Positions 22,701-45,258 of a stretch of 64,000 nucleotides of DNA are shown piece by piece; within the stretch, counting starts at the first letter, position 1; each line of letters begins with the position of its first letter. The translations under genes were made by a program, and so were the position numbers. The notes beneath the pieces were generated by a model that did no database searches, was not told the origin of the DNA, and was given only the letters and a program-made list of their open reading frames with translations. The stretch comes from Macrostomum lignano (taxonomy: Eukaryota), in contig NIVC01003038.1 in assembly GCA_002269645.1 (NCBI GenBank), positions 59,700-123,699 of the forward strand, written 5' to 3'.

Positions 22701-23429
22701 AGAGTGCACCGAGAGCGTCGTAAATGGCGGCGGTGGCTCTCTGGTGGTGAGCATCAAACGACTTGGTAGCGCCTGCGTCCGCACGGAGACTCTGCTGGAT
22801 GGCGAGGATAGCCAGATGAAGCTGACAGTAGCGGGCGGCTGGGCGGCTGGGGTGCTGGTTGAGGAGGCGAGAGTTCGCGGCTACCAGGTGAGAGAGTGAC
22901 TCGTTGACCTAACTGTAACACTGGAGTACGCCGACATGGCATTTAAAAAAACTATTTGAACTATTTTACTATTCAGTAGCAAATAAAGGAGGTGGCAGCT
23001 ATTTTCTGCTTAGGAAGGCCAATTAAATTAGCAGATAGATTGTTACCTACAGAAAGAATCACGTGACACAATTTGTTATCAGTGCAAGGGCAGAATGTAC
23101 ATTGGTCAGTGCAGCGGATATGTACATGGCAGCTTAACCCCCCCCCCCAGCCAGGACGCGATCGATGGGGGCAATAGAATGGGAGAGCAATAAAGCGACA
23201 AGGCCAGCAGTGTGCGTGGAATGGCGGAAACGATAGGCAGACAAATACGCCAATATGAATTCGGTAGGGAATCATACTACTGAGTTGACAGTAGCTTATT
23301 AGCATATGCTCTGCGTTTCAGTGGATCTACAGAATCGAAGGCCGGCCAGAGATTGAATTTGAAAGCATGGACAAGCTGCTCATGTACGCCAGCCAGCACC
23401 CGGACGGACTTCTGCTAAAACGAGGTTGA
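13775..23429 (+). CDS. PH, Pro-rich/Tyr-motif and triple SH2-like adaptor protein, paralogue A (about 746 aa)
   Basis: Exons 13775-13832 (first exon less certain), 17883-18026, 18117-18216, 19392-20345 (GC donor), 21237-21536, 21633-21692, 21769-21898, 22421-22572, 22653-22887 and 23322-23429 splice into one open frame of 2241 nt. PH strands: LIKCGYICR, YYAVLRAKQLFLFHNED, HLG..SNWQ. SH2 signatures: APAGSFVVH..SVNQLLYYYH..IKLVRP; IWCLG..QEGTFAL..FDSLEKFLMHYH; GSLVV..FESMDKLLMY..LLLKRG*. Confidence 0.8.
13946..14222. mobile_element. Tc1/mariner-type MITE
   Basis: CATGCGCAA and TTGCGCATG termini, each flanked by TA (13944-45, 14223-24). Subterminal repeated TCGGTCGGCCG and GCGACTT motifs. Confidence 0.6.
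14309..15283 (+). mobile_element. Mariner (DD34D) DNA transposon, internally deleted and defective
   Basis: Perfect 29-bp TIRs CTTCGGGTGTGTCATAAGTAATGTCACTG at 14309-14337 and 15255-15283, with TA TSD. Transposase catalytic fragment AEDESW ... MDTARPH ... QSPYSPDFNFC, with a premature TGA at 14982-14984. The N-terminal HTH region is missing. Confidence 0.93.
16875..17228 (+). mobile_element. Crypton-type tyrosine recombinase C-terminal fragment (DUF3504-like)
   Basis: RPIGKNTLAKFLHEMC..TNYSLRATCATRLYQAGVEEQQIMERTGHRSLAGVRTYKR contains the H-x-x-R box (here Y-S-L-R), TGH and the catalytic Tyr. It is 5'-truncated and intronic. Confidence 0.8.
21975..22335. repeat. 31-bp minisatellite (intronic)
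   Basis: TAGCACCCACCTCACTCCCTGCTGCCCATTC, about 11 copies. Confidence 0.92.
23052..23290 (+). repeat. Dispersed ~240-bp repeat family, copy 1 (copy 2 at about 25493-25700; copy 3 inverted at about 59425-59670)
   Basis: Shared AGAATCACGTGACACAATTTGTTATCAGTGCA...ATGTACATTGGTCAG...ATGTACA...GCTTAACC block and a distal ATCATACTACTGA. The reverse complement (GTGTCACGTGATTCT) lies near 59660. Confidence 0.7.
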
Positions 23430-23764
23430 CCGGGCGTGATGTCGTGTGGATTTCTCTGGTTCAACAATCGGATTCAGTTAATTTGTTATTGGATTATCCT
23501 CGACAATGCGATTCACTGTGTCTCTTACCCAGCCTTCATTCCGATTTTATTCAATTGATAATCCAGAAAAATTTAATACGTTTTTTCGATAACAATTATT
23601 ATATGATTTTCTATTTTCTCATCGTTATCAACAATAAAACTCAGATTTTTATTCGACAGCATCTGATTTCAGTTGCACTTTACTGCATAGCAAATTTCAG
23701 ATTTTTTACTTTTTTGTACATATTGCTTTGTGGTTGCTCTGTGCGTGTTACAGTGACTGGAAAG

Positions 23765-24495
23765 TGTCTGAGCAGTGTTTGAGCAGTGTTTGAGTAGTGT
23801 TTGAGCCGTCTGGGCAATGTCTGAGCAGTGTTTGAGCAGTGTTTGAGCAGTGTCTGAGCAGTGTTTGAGCAGTGTTTGAGCAGTGTCTGAGCAGTGTTTG
23901 AGCAGTGTTTGAGCAGTGTTTGAGCAGTGTTTGAGCAGTGTTTGAGCAGTGTTTGAGCAGTGTTTGAGCAGTGTGTCTGAGCAATGTTTGAGCAGTGTCT
24001 GAGTAGTGTCTGAGCAGTGTCTGAGCAGTGTCTGAACAGTGTCTGAGTAGTGTCTGAGCAGTATCTGAGCAGTGTCTAAGCAGTGTCTGAGCAGTATCTG
24101 AGTAGTGTCTGAGTAGTGTCTGAGTAGTATCTGAGCAGTGTCTGAGCAGTATCTGAGTAGTGTCTGAGCAGTGTCTGAGCAGTATCTGAGTAGTGTCTGA
24201 GTAGTGTCTGAGTATTGTCTGAGTAGTGTCTGAGCAGCGTATGAGCAGTGTCTGAGCAGTGTCTGAGCAGTGTTTGAGCAGTGTTTGAGCAGTGTTTGAG
24301 CAGTGTCTGAGCAGTGTCTAAGCAGTGTCTGAGCAGTATCTGAGTAGTGTCTGAGTAGTGTCTTAGTATTGTCTGAGTATTGTCTGAGCAGTGTCTGAGC
24401 AGTGCCTGAGCAGTATCTGAGTAGTGTCTGAGTAGTGTCTTAGTATTGTCTGAGTATTGTCTGAGCAGTGTCTGAGCAGTGTCTGAGCAGTGTCT
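23765..24495. repeat. 11-bp minisatellite between the two SH2 paralogues
   Basis: GAG(C/T)AGTGT(C/T)T, about 65 copies. Confidence 0.95.
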
Positions 24496-24977
24496 GTGCA
24501 GCATATTAGCATTTAATCAGTTACCAAACTGTGCCGTTATCTGCAGTGGACTGCAACATCCGTATAAGCAGTTAAATCTGATTCTAAGTTACTGAAAGTC
24601 ATGCTGCGGATTGCATCAGCTGTTCGAAGCCCTTGCTCAGGATCAGAGCGAAATGAAAGTAGCAGGTTTCCTTTTATCAGGCTGCTGAAATGCCGCCAAC
24701 GTACACGCACGCACATTCGTTAGCATTTTGCTAGCAAAGCGCGCAATAAAGTTTTTCGAGAACAGAATTTTTTACTAGTCAATTTTCTTTAGAAAATAGA
24801 TAAAACAACAACTTAAAGACGATAAGATAAGGAATTGTCTTTGAAAACTGGAGACATTTTCCGTAACAGGGCTTGCAGTGAATCATTGAGAGACCTGCTC
24901 AAAAGCTTTCACGACTCGACACGAAGTAGCATATAGGAGACGTTGGGGTTTTCCGTACGTGCTCGCAAGAACAGAAG

Positions 24978-36781
<11,804 letters not shown>

Positions 36782-36944
36782 TAGCGCGATACTAAATCTA
36801 TAGTATACTTACGAGCGTACTGGTAACAATATAATATTAACCCTGACTGATTTTTTTATTAATTCATGCGATTGAAACCAATATTTTTACAGTATATTTG
36901 TGTTTAAATGGATTAGATGGTGCAGGGAGTGATTAGACATGGTG

Positions 36945-37280
36945 ACACAAGACAGGATGAGACAAGACAGGGTGAGATAAGACAGGGTGAGATAAGACAG
37001 GGTGAGATAAGACAGGGTGAGATAAGACAGGGTGAGATAAGACAGGGTGAGATAAGACAGGGTGAGCGTGGGATAAGACAGGGTGAGGGTAAGATAAGAC
37101 AGGGTGACTTTGAGGGTGAGATAACACCGGGTGAGATAAGACAAGGTGAGGGCGAGATAAGACAGGGTGAGATAAGACAGGATGAGGGTGAGATAACACA
37201 GGGTGAGACAAGACAAGGTGAGGGTGAGACAAGACAAGGTGAGGGTGAGATAAGACAGGGTGAGATACATGTACGACAGG
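36945..37280. repeat. 15-bp minisatellite
   Basis: GATAAGACAGGGTGA units with variants. Confidence 0.9.
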
Positions 37281-38211
37281 GTGATAGAAAGAACGTATAG
37301 ACGGCCGAAATGATCCTTTCAGGTTCAGTTCCTAAAATCGTATAAAAAATAAATTGTTGGCATCATACTACTAAATTGCAAAAGTAGAGTAGTTTGCGAA
37401 AATACAGTGAAAGCAATATTTTTATAGTTACTAGATTTTTCAGCACTTGCATAAATATTTTGTGCTTTTCGTAGTACTTCGTGTGCTATGCGCGATTAAA
37501 TTTTGTGTTGCACCGTCACTGACTCAGTTTCTTGAGGCAGGAAGATCGAAAAAATGCGTCGTACCAATATTTTTTATCTAGCGAGAATTTTTTGAAGTTT
37601 GCACAAACAGATTTCTCATTGTTGTTGTTGTTTTTGTTGTTGTTTTTGTTCTTGTTGTTGTTCTTGTTGTTTTCCTTGAAATTTGTCATCGCTATTGTCT
37701 TTGTTTACCTACTGCTGTTATTTATCGCTGCCTTGGGTCGCTATTATGCAGCTGCAGTTGCAGCTTCCCATCAACCCAACTTTCCCAATCGGTTCCCATT
37801 CGGTGTTTTCGGTCGGGTTTTTTTAAGAAGAAAGGTCAATGATAACACCAGGCAGCTCCTCTCGGGCTGGAAGTCGGCGCAGATGCCCAGATGCCTTTTC
37901 CCTGCGCCCCCCCCAGCGTCTGACATCGGGGTAGAGAAAGCACTTCCAAAGCTACCCAACAGAGCCGTTTTTTGCCAGCCATCCATCTTCACTGCGATGG
38001 CCCAGCGAAAGCAGCGAAAAATAAACCCGTGGCTCTGCAGGTAAGGGGGCGGGTCCTGAGCGTGTTTGCCTGTCTGTCTGCCTGTCTAGCAACTATTAGT
38101 GCACAATAGTGCAAACCTCTCGACTGCGAAAGCTACGAAAAAATTGCAGTTTGGTGTGATTTCAATAGGTGCTCCTGTCTACAGAGTTTGCTGACAATAA
38201 TTAGCAGTAGG

Positions 38212-39320
38212 CGCTTAGTGTGATGGCGCTTAGTGTGATGGCGCTTAGTGTGATGGCGCTTAGTGTGATGGCGCTTAGTGTGATGGCGCTTAGTGTGATG
38301 GCGCTTAGTGTGATGGCGCTTAGTGTGATGGCGCTTAGTGTGATGGCGCTTAGTGTGATGGCGCTTAGTATTGTATGATGGTGCTTAGTGTGATGACGCT
38401 TAGTGTGATGGCACTTAGTATTGTATGATGGTGCTTAGTGTGATGGCGCTTAGTGTGATGGCGCTTAGTGTGATGACGCTTAGTGTGATGGCGCTTAGTG
38501 TGATGACGCTTAGTGTGATGGCGCTTAGTATTGTATGATGGTGCTTAGTGTGATGACGCTTAGTATGATGGCGCTTAGTGTGATGGCGCTTAGTGTGATG
38601 GCGCTTAGTGTGATGGCGCTTAGTATGATGGCGCTTAGTGTGATGGCGCTTAGTGTGATGGCGCTTAGTATGATGGCGCTTAGTGTGATGGCGCTTAGTG
38701 TGATGGCGCTTAGTATGATGGCGCTTAGCGTGATGGCGCTTAGTTTGATGGCGCTTAGTATGATGGCGCTTAGTGTGATCGATGGCGCTTAGTGTGATCG
38801 ATGGCGCTTAGAATGATGGCGCTTAGCGTGATGGCGCTTAGTGTGATGGCGCTTATTATGATGGCACTTAGAATGATGGCGCTTAGTGTGATGGCGCTTA
38901 GTATGATGGCGCTTAGCGTGATGGCGCTTAGTTTGATGGCGCTTAGTATGATGGCGCTTAGTGTGATCGATGGCGCTTAGTGTGATCGATGGCGCTTAGA
39001 ATGATGGCGCTTAGCGTGATGGCGCTTAGTGTGATGGCGCTTATTATGATGGCACTTAGAATGATGGCGCTTAGTGTGATGGCGCTTAGTGTGATGGCGC
39101 TTAGTGTGATGGCGCTTAGTATTGTATGATGGCGCTTAGTTTGATGGCGCTTAGTATTGTATGATGGCGCTTAGTTTGATGGCGCTTAGTGTGATGGCGC
39201 TTAGTATTGTATGATGGCGCTTAGTGTGATGGCGCTTAGTGTGATGGCGCTTAGTGTGATGGCGCTTAGTATTGTATGATGGCGCTTAGTGTGATGGCGC
39301 TTAGTGTGATGGCGCTTAGT
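38212..39320. repeat. 15-bp minisatellite, about 1.1 kb
   Basis: GATGGCGCTTAGTGT, about 70 copies with TATTGTAT and GATC variants. Confidence 0.95.
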
Positions 39321-39699
39321 AGAGGGCACCAGAATGGTGTTGTTGAACATTCTGGAGCAAACTAGCAAAATCCCACAAGCTGTTGGTACCAGCCGAGTGC
39401 AATAGTTTTATTGATCGCAATTTACATTTTTCTCCTTAGAACTGTTGGCTCTTTTTGCAATGCCGAAGTTTTTATCAATTAACTTTGGAATGTCAAGCAG
39501 TGCATACGAGTACAGCATTGGCCTGTTGACCGGATTGGCACATCTGACTCTGACTCTAGGATAGAGAAAGTGGCGTGGAGGGAAACGGGAGCATGTGGGC
39601 TTGGAGAGTGAAAGTGAAAGAGGGACTATACTGAGAAATTAAGAAGCGTAAAAGCGCGAGAAAAACATTTTGGATGGAAAGAAGAGAACGAGAGAGTGA

Positions 39700-40027
39700 G
39701 AGAGGGAGAGGGAGAGCTGAGAGGAGAGGGAGAGAGGGAGAGCTAAGAGGAGAGTGAGAGAGAGTGGAGAGCTGAGAAGAGAGTGAGAGAGGGAGAGCTA
39801 AGAGGAGAGTGAGAGAGAGTGGAGAGCTGAGAAGAGAGTGAGAGAGGGAGAGCTAAGAGGAGAGTGAGAGAGAGTGGAGAGCTGAGAGGAGAGTGAGAGA
39901 GAGTGGAGAGCTGAGAGGAGAGTGAGAGAGGGAGAGCTGAGAGGAGAGTGAGAGAGGGAGAGGGAGAGCTGAGAGGAGAGTGAGAGAGGGAGGGAGAGCT
40001 GAGAGGAGAGTGAGAGAGGGAGAGAGG
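39700..40027. repeat. GA-rich compound microsatellite
   Basis: GAGAGCTGAGAGGAGAGTGAGAGAG-type units; similar tracts at about 40388-40470 and about 42885-42925. Confidence 0.85.
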
Positions 40028-40387
40028 GGGGCCGTAGCCCAGCGGTCTAGCGCAGGCTCTGGTGTGCCAGCGACCCAGACTCGATTCCAAGTGCAGTCAC
40101 ATTAATTCGGGGCTGAATTGGAATCTCGGCTTGGCTCTGCTCGTGCAAATAACGGCCTTGAGAGCCAACCCCCCAAGGCGCAGTGAAGTGTACATGCCTA
40201 ACGATAATATAAAGTTAGGGCCGCTGTACACTCCTGTGTGAGTGTGTGCCTGCGTACGTATCCGCGCGCTTGTATGCCTGCTCAGGGGAGTCGGCGGAAT
40301 GGGCAGCAATGCCTCTCGCCGGTTGTGTGCCTATGTCGCTTAAAGTGCGCCGGGGTGCACACAACCCCCCTGCCTGTAATAAAAAAA
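40028..40387 (+). mobile_element. tRNA-derived SINE (head resembles tRNA-His) inserted in the GA microsatellite
   Basis: Pol III A box TAGCCCAGCGG (40035-40045) and B-box-like GACTCGATTCC (40078-40088) at tRNA spacing. No acceptor-stem pairing. Structured body of about 290 nt and an A-tail at 40378-40387. Confidence 0.75.
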
Positions 40388-41136
40388 GAGAGAGGGAGAG
40401 AGATAGCTGAGAGAAGAGTGAGTGAGGGAGAGAGAGACTGAGAGAGAGGGGGAGAGAGGGAGAGAGAGGAGAGCCTCCAATCCCGGGCACTAACACGGTA
40501 AAAAGACCAGGAGCAAAAGGTTTAAATTGTAATAGTTGCCGATATTTGTGAAAAGTGAAAAGTGAAAAGTAGCGACAAGTGGCGTTGTAAAAGTTATTAA
40601 ATAGGCGGGGTGAGAGGGGAGAGAGAGTAGACAGGTGGATAGAGAGCGTACGGTAAGTATGTACTCTTGGTGTGTGTCGATAAAACACTATTAGACTTAA
40701 AAATGCAAAATCACTGAATCAGTGCACAAATAAAGTGAACCGCACGTGGGCTGCAGCGACCCTACACGCGAAATAAATATAGGAGCGGTGCAACTGCACC
40801 GGTGTCTAAAAAGGAAAGAGTGACGCTAAGCTCTTTAGAAAATTACCTCAATAAATAAATAATGAGAAGGCCCTCAAAAACTGAAAAAATAAGCAATTGT
40901 ACGATAAGCAAAATAGTAAAAGAGAAAAGTGTAATAAAAATGTACAGGATGTCAAAAAACAATAGAAATCTAGATGGAGAATAAATGCTGAGAATATACA
41001 AAAGCTGAACTTGGACTAGCGATGAGAATAAAAAATCCCCCCAAGCCTAAGAAATGAGCAATAAGAGGCTAGGTAGGTACCAGCACGGTCTTGACAAAGC
41101 TAAGTAGCAATGAAAATAAAAAAATAAAATAAAAAT

Positions 41137-42745
41137 TCAATCAGTGGTGGACTCCAGTCGACTGGGACAGAGCAGCTGCCGGAGGTTCCGCCCTTTGGTG
41201 TAGGAGGGCAGCACCAGGGCCTCGCAGTGCCGGGCCACGCGATCCTTCACCGCGGCCACGAGGGCGTCCGACCTCGCACAATGGGGCAGGATCAGCGGGA
41301 TGGCCGGGTTATGCAGCGTGCCGGCAAGCTCGTTGACGCCGTGCGGGGCTCGAGTCTTTAACACCTCGATGAGCTTGGCGTCGTAGCGCTGACGCCGCTC
41401 GTTCGCTCTGGGTCCCGTGCCGTCACGTGACCAGATGCCGGTGAAGCCGAAGTCCGCCAGACTGTGACCATCACTGGTGAAGTGGCGGGCCACCGGAGTG
41501 TAACGGGCGTGCCGGATGTCGCCGATGTGCGCCAGCATGCGGCCGCGGATGCTGTTCGCAGTCTCACCGATGTAGACAGTGTGGTCGCACCGGCGGCAGA
41601 ACACGGCGTAGACGGCGTTGGTGGCGTTGCAGTCGATCCACTGACTGATGATGAGCTGGACTGTCGTGGCTGCTGATCCGGGGCAGACGGAGGTGAACCT
41701 GGTGTGTGTCCGGCAGCACCTGCACAGCCGGGTCGGGTTGCATTCCGAGCCGAATTCCCACCGTCTCGTCGGGTAGAAGCCCAGCTCCGTCAGCATCTCG
41801 TACTTAATCGTGCGCAGGAACCGCCGATTGTAGCCCTGGTGCTGCACCAGACTTGAAAACAGCCCAGTGCACGCTGCGTCGAAATCGGCCATCCGGGAGC
41901 ACCGTCGGGCGTATCTGAGGAGCTGGGACTTCACTACGCCCCGGAACGTCCACTTCGGGTGGAAAGAGTCACGGTGAATGAGCGTTCGGCTGTCGGTCAG
42001 CTTGAAATACACCTTGGTTGCCAGGCGCTTAACGTCGCCCTCGCGGACCCAGAAGACGGTGGTGTCCAAAAAGGCCACCTCCGTGCTGCTGTAGTTGAGT
42101 TGCAGCCTAATATTCGGGTCAAGGTCATCAAGGAGTCCGTGGAAGCGGATCAGTTCGTCTTCCGTCCCGCGCCACACGCCGAAGATATCATCAATGTAAC
42201 GGAGCCACAGGGCGGGTTTCTGCGGGCTGACCGCCAGGCCGTGCTGCTCCCAGTAGCCCATGTAGATGTTGCTGTAGCTGGGCGCAAACGACTTTCCCAT
42301 GGCCGTGCCTTTGACCTGCAGGAAGTAGCTGCCATTAAATCCGAAGTCGTTGCGCTCCAGATTCGGCTTGAGCAGACTGAGGAGGCTGGCATCCGGGCGC
42401 TGACTGTCCGGGTGCTCCCTGAATGCTCTCCGCACGCACTCGAGGCCGGCTTCCGTCGGAATGTTGGTGTACAGGCTGGCAACGTCCATGGTGAACAGGA
42501 AGGTTTCCTCAGACGTCGGACAGGTGATCCCGCGGATGGCGGCCTGGAAGTGGTCGGTGTCCCTGATGAAGCTGGGCAGCCTGATGACGATGGGCTGCCG
42601 GAAACTGTCGATGAAGCGGCCGCTGGCGTAGGACTCGCTGTCCACATCAGACACGATGGGCCGGCCCGGTGGAATGTCGCCGAGCGGGCACGATTCGACA
42701 GGCTTGTGGATTTCGGCAGAATTCGGCAGAACTTTCGGGGACAGG
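41137..42745 (-). CDS. Penelope (Neptune-like) reverse transcriptase plus GIY-YIG endonuclease, partial
   Basis: PPGRPIVS, FTMDVASLYTNIP, GTAMGKSFAPSYSNIYM, WLRYIDDIFGVW, VYFKLTD..HP; Cys-rich linker CNPTRLCRCC; then NAVYAVFCRRC..YIGETANSIRGRMLAH. A single-base frameshift near 42710 breaks the LPKIHK motif. Confidence 0.92.
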
Positions 42746-43384
42746 GAAAGTGGCGTGGAGGGGAACGGGAGCAGGTGGACTTGGACAGTGAAAGTGAAAG
42801 AGGGACAATACGCTCGTACTGAGGAATGAAGAAGCGTAAAAGCGCGAGAAAAACAGAAAGTTTAGGATGGAAAGAAGAGAATGAGAGGAGAGTGAGAGAG
42901 AGAGAGAGGGAGAGCTGAGAGGAGTGTGATAAGGTGGCAGTGGAGGGTGAGACAAGCGAGTGGGCATGGAGATTTAGGTCTGTCTGAATGCCCAATTATT
43001 GCATCAGACGCATCAGTGGGCAGGAGGTACTGAGTGCCCAAGCACCCGTGAGAGAGAGAGAGTTTGATCTGTGCAGTAGGCTGTAGGAACAAATTGAACA
43101 CTGAAAGCACCCAGCGAAATGAATTCTGAACACCGTCTGGTCCGGTGCGTCCGTACCAGCACTCAGTGCGCCACCCACCCCATTCAGCTGACAAATAAGG
43201 CAGCAAAAATGTCATTCGAAAAATATTTTCAATGGCTGACTCATGCTGCACCCTGACGTCAAGGAGTTATGGAATGAAACTACCATCCTTCATGGGATTC
43301 GAAAATCTAGTAGCATCAGAGGAATTGACATCAATAATCCATGAAATAACAAGCATCTGAAATAAAAACTTGTTTTTTCTTTAC

Positions 43385-44058
43385 TCCATGCAGGAATGCT
43401 GGACTCCAGGCATCTGGAATGGAAGCTGCTTGCTCCATGGAATGCTGGACTCCAGGCATCTGGAATGGAAGCTGCTTGCTCCATGGAATGCTGGACTCCA
43501 GGCATCTGGAATGGAAGCTGCTTGCTCCATGGAATGCTGGACTCCAGGCATCTGGAATGGAAGCTGCTTGCTCCATGGAATGCTGGACTCCAGGCATCTG
43601 GAATGGAAGCTGCTTGCTCCATGGAATGCTGGACTCCAGGCATCTGGAATGGAAGCTGCTTGCTCCATGGAATGCTGGACTCCAGGCATCTGGAATGGAA
43701 GCTGCTTACTCCATGGAATGCTGGACTCCAGGCATCTGGAATGGAAGCTGCTTGCTCCATGGAATGCTGGACTCCAGGCATCTGGAATGGAAGCTGCTTA
43801 CTCCATGGAATGCTGGACTCCAGGCATCTGGAATGGAAGCTGCTTACTCCATGGAATGCTGGACTCCAGGCATCTGGAATGGAAGCTGCTTGCTCCATGG
43901 AATGCTGGACTCCAGGCATCTGGAATGGAAGCTGCTTGCTCCATGGAATGCTGGACTCCAGGCATCTGGAATGGAAGCTGCTTACTCCATGGAATGCTGG
44001 ACTCCAGGCATCTGGAATGGAAGCTGCTTACTCCATGGAATGCTGGACTCCAGGCATC
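43385..44058. repeat. 46-bp minisatellite, about 14.5 near-identical copies
   Basis: CCATGGAATGCTGGACTCCAGGCATCTGGAATGGAAGCTGCTT(G/A)CT with period 46 (43435, 43481, ...). This is the source of all the overlapping ORFs at 43290-44122. Confidence 0.97.
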
Positions 44059-45258
44059 TCCTGGAACAGCATGTACCTATAATTTGACGCGTATGGCTTT
44101 CCTCAATAATAGCAATCCATGACGTTCGTTCATCCCTGCATATCTATCGTATATATAATAGTTTTCTACTTTGGCTACTGTTATACTCTCGTTATAGCAG
44201 CAAAATTCAACGCGAATACGGGCAATTCAAGAGTGTTGCGTTCCCTTCACTCTTCCAGCATCCCGAAACTTCCTGCATCATTAAAGTTGGTTTTGATTGA
44301 AGGCAGCTCGTTCGGTGCCGTCGTGGATGAAGAACGGTCCGATCGGCAGCAAGAGGCAGGCGGTCCAGCGCGCGCATCCTTCAATAAAAATTTCTGGCAT
44401 AAACGCTTAACACCTGCAGGTCACGGTCAGTAAAGTTCACCGAACCAGGAAGTTCACCGCATATGGCAGTTTTATGCACATTGTTGCCTTTACTGCGTTC
44501 CCAATGCGTTCCCTGTCTTTTATCATTCTTGTTTTCTTGGATCCTCTCTCTTCGCGGATTTGTCCTCAGTTGACCTCTTCGTTAGCTGCAGTAGTGGACA
44601 GGGACAGCTTCTGTCACCAATTTATTGCCGCTGATTTTGGAAGCAAATAATTGCAGAAAGCAAGCAAATTTATTGTTTCTAAAAATTCTAAACGTGTACA
44701 GTACTCTCTCCGCTGGCCATCATGCACTGCACGTGAGCCAAAACATTCATTTGTGAGCGCACAGAATCGTACGGGAAGCGTATTTGACATCATGAAAAGC
44801 ATTAAATATGAAAGTTAAGCTTTATTTCTTATTATGTGAGTGTATATTTGTATGATTTTAATATATTATATACTTAGCAACACTTTAACACCCCACGCAC
44901 CCCACGCACCCCACTCGCCATGCCAAACGGCCCAAAAGTTTTGCCTGGTCTCAGCTGCCCCAAGAGTTTATCAACCGGCTGGTGATTAGGTTGCCAGGGC
45001 ATTAATGACATTGTATGACTTTTGTGCCGCGTGACAGCGTCAGTTAGGGGGGGGGGAGCATAGATAGAAATTCTAGTGCTTCAGCATAATTTTTTAAGAA
45101 AACGGCAACGGCAACGCGGAGCAGAATAATTTCAACATTCGGGTAATAAATAAATAGCAACTAGCAATAGAAATATATTATTCAATTATTCGAACACTAT
45201 AATGTCACAGATTTGTACCGAAATTTATCCAACATAGCCAACAGCAAGGTAGCGTGTT

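Larger units (their letters stand above)
39560..42915 (-). mobile_element. Penelope-like retroelement, Neptune-type, 5'-truncated, bounded by direct pseudo-LTR-like repeats
   Basis: RT-GIY-YIG ORF on the minus strand. Segments of about 160 bp at about 39560-39720 and about 42745-42915 are diverged direct repeats (GAAAGTGGCGTGGAGGG..AAAGTGAAAGAGGGAC..GAAGCGTAAAAGCGCGAGAAAAACA) adjoining GA-rich microsatellite. Confidence 0.8.

Noticed and set aside
40028-40100. Functional tRNA gene
   Set aside because: A and B boxes are present, but the acceptor stem cannot pair, the anticodon arm is shortened, and the sequence continues into a body and A-tail typical of a SINE.
44090-44830. Possible small minus-strand gene downstream of collagen IV
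   Set aside because: Splice-like sites exist, but no consistent open frame or recognisable domain could be assembled.
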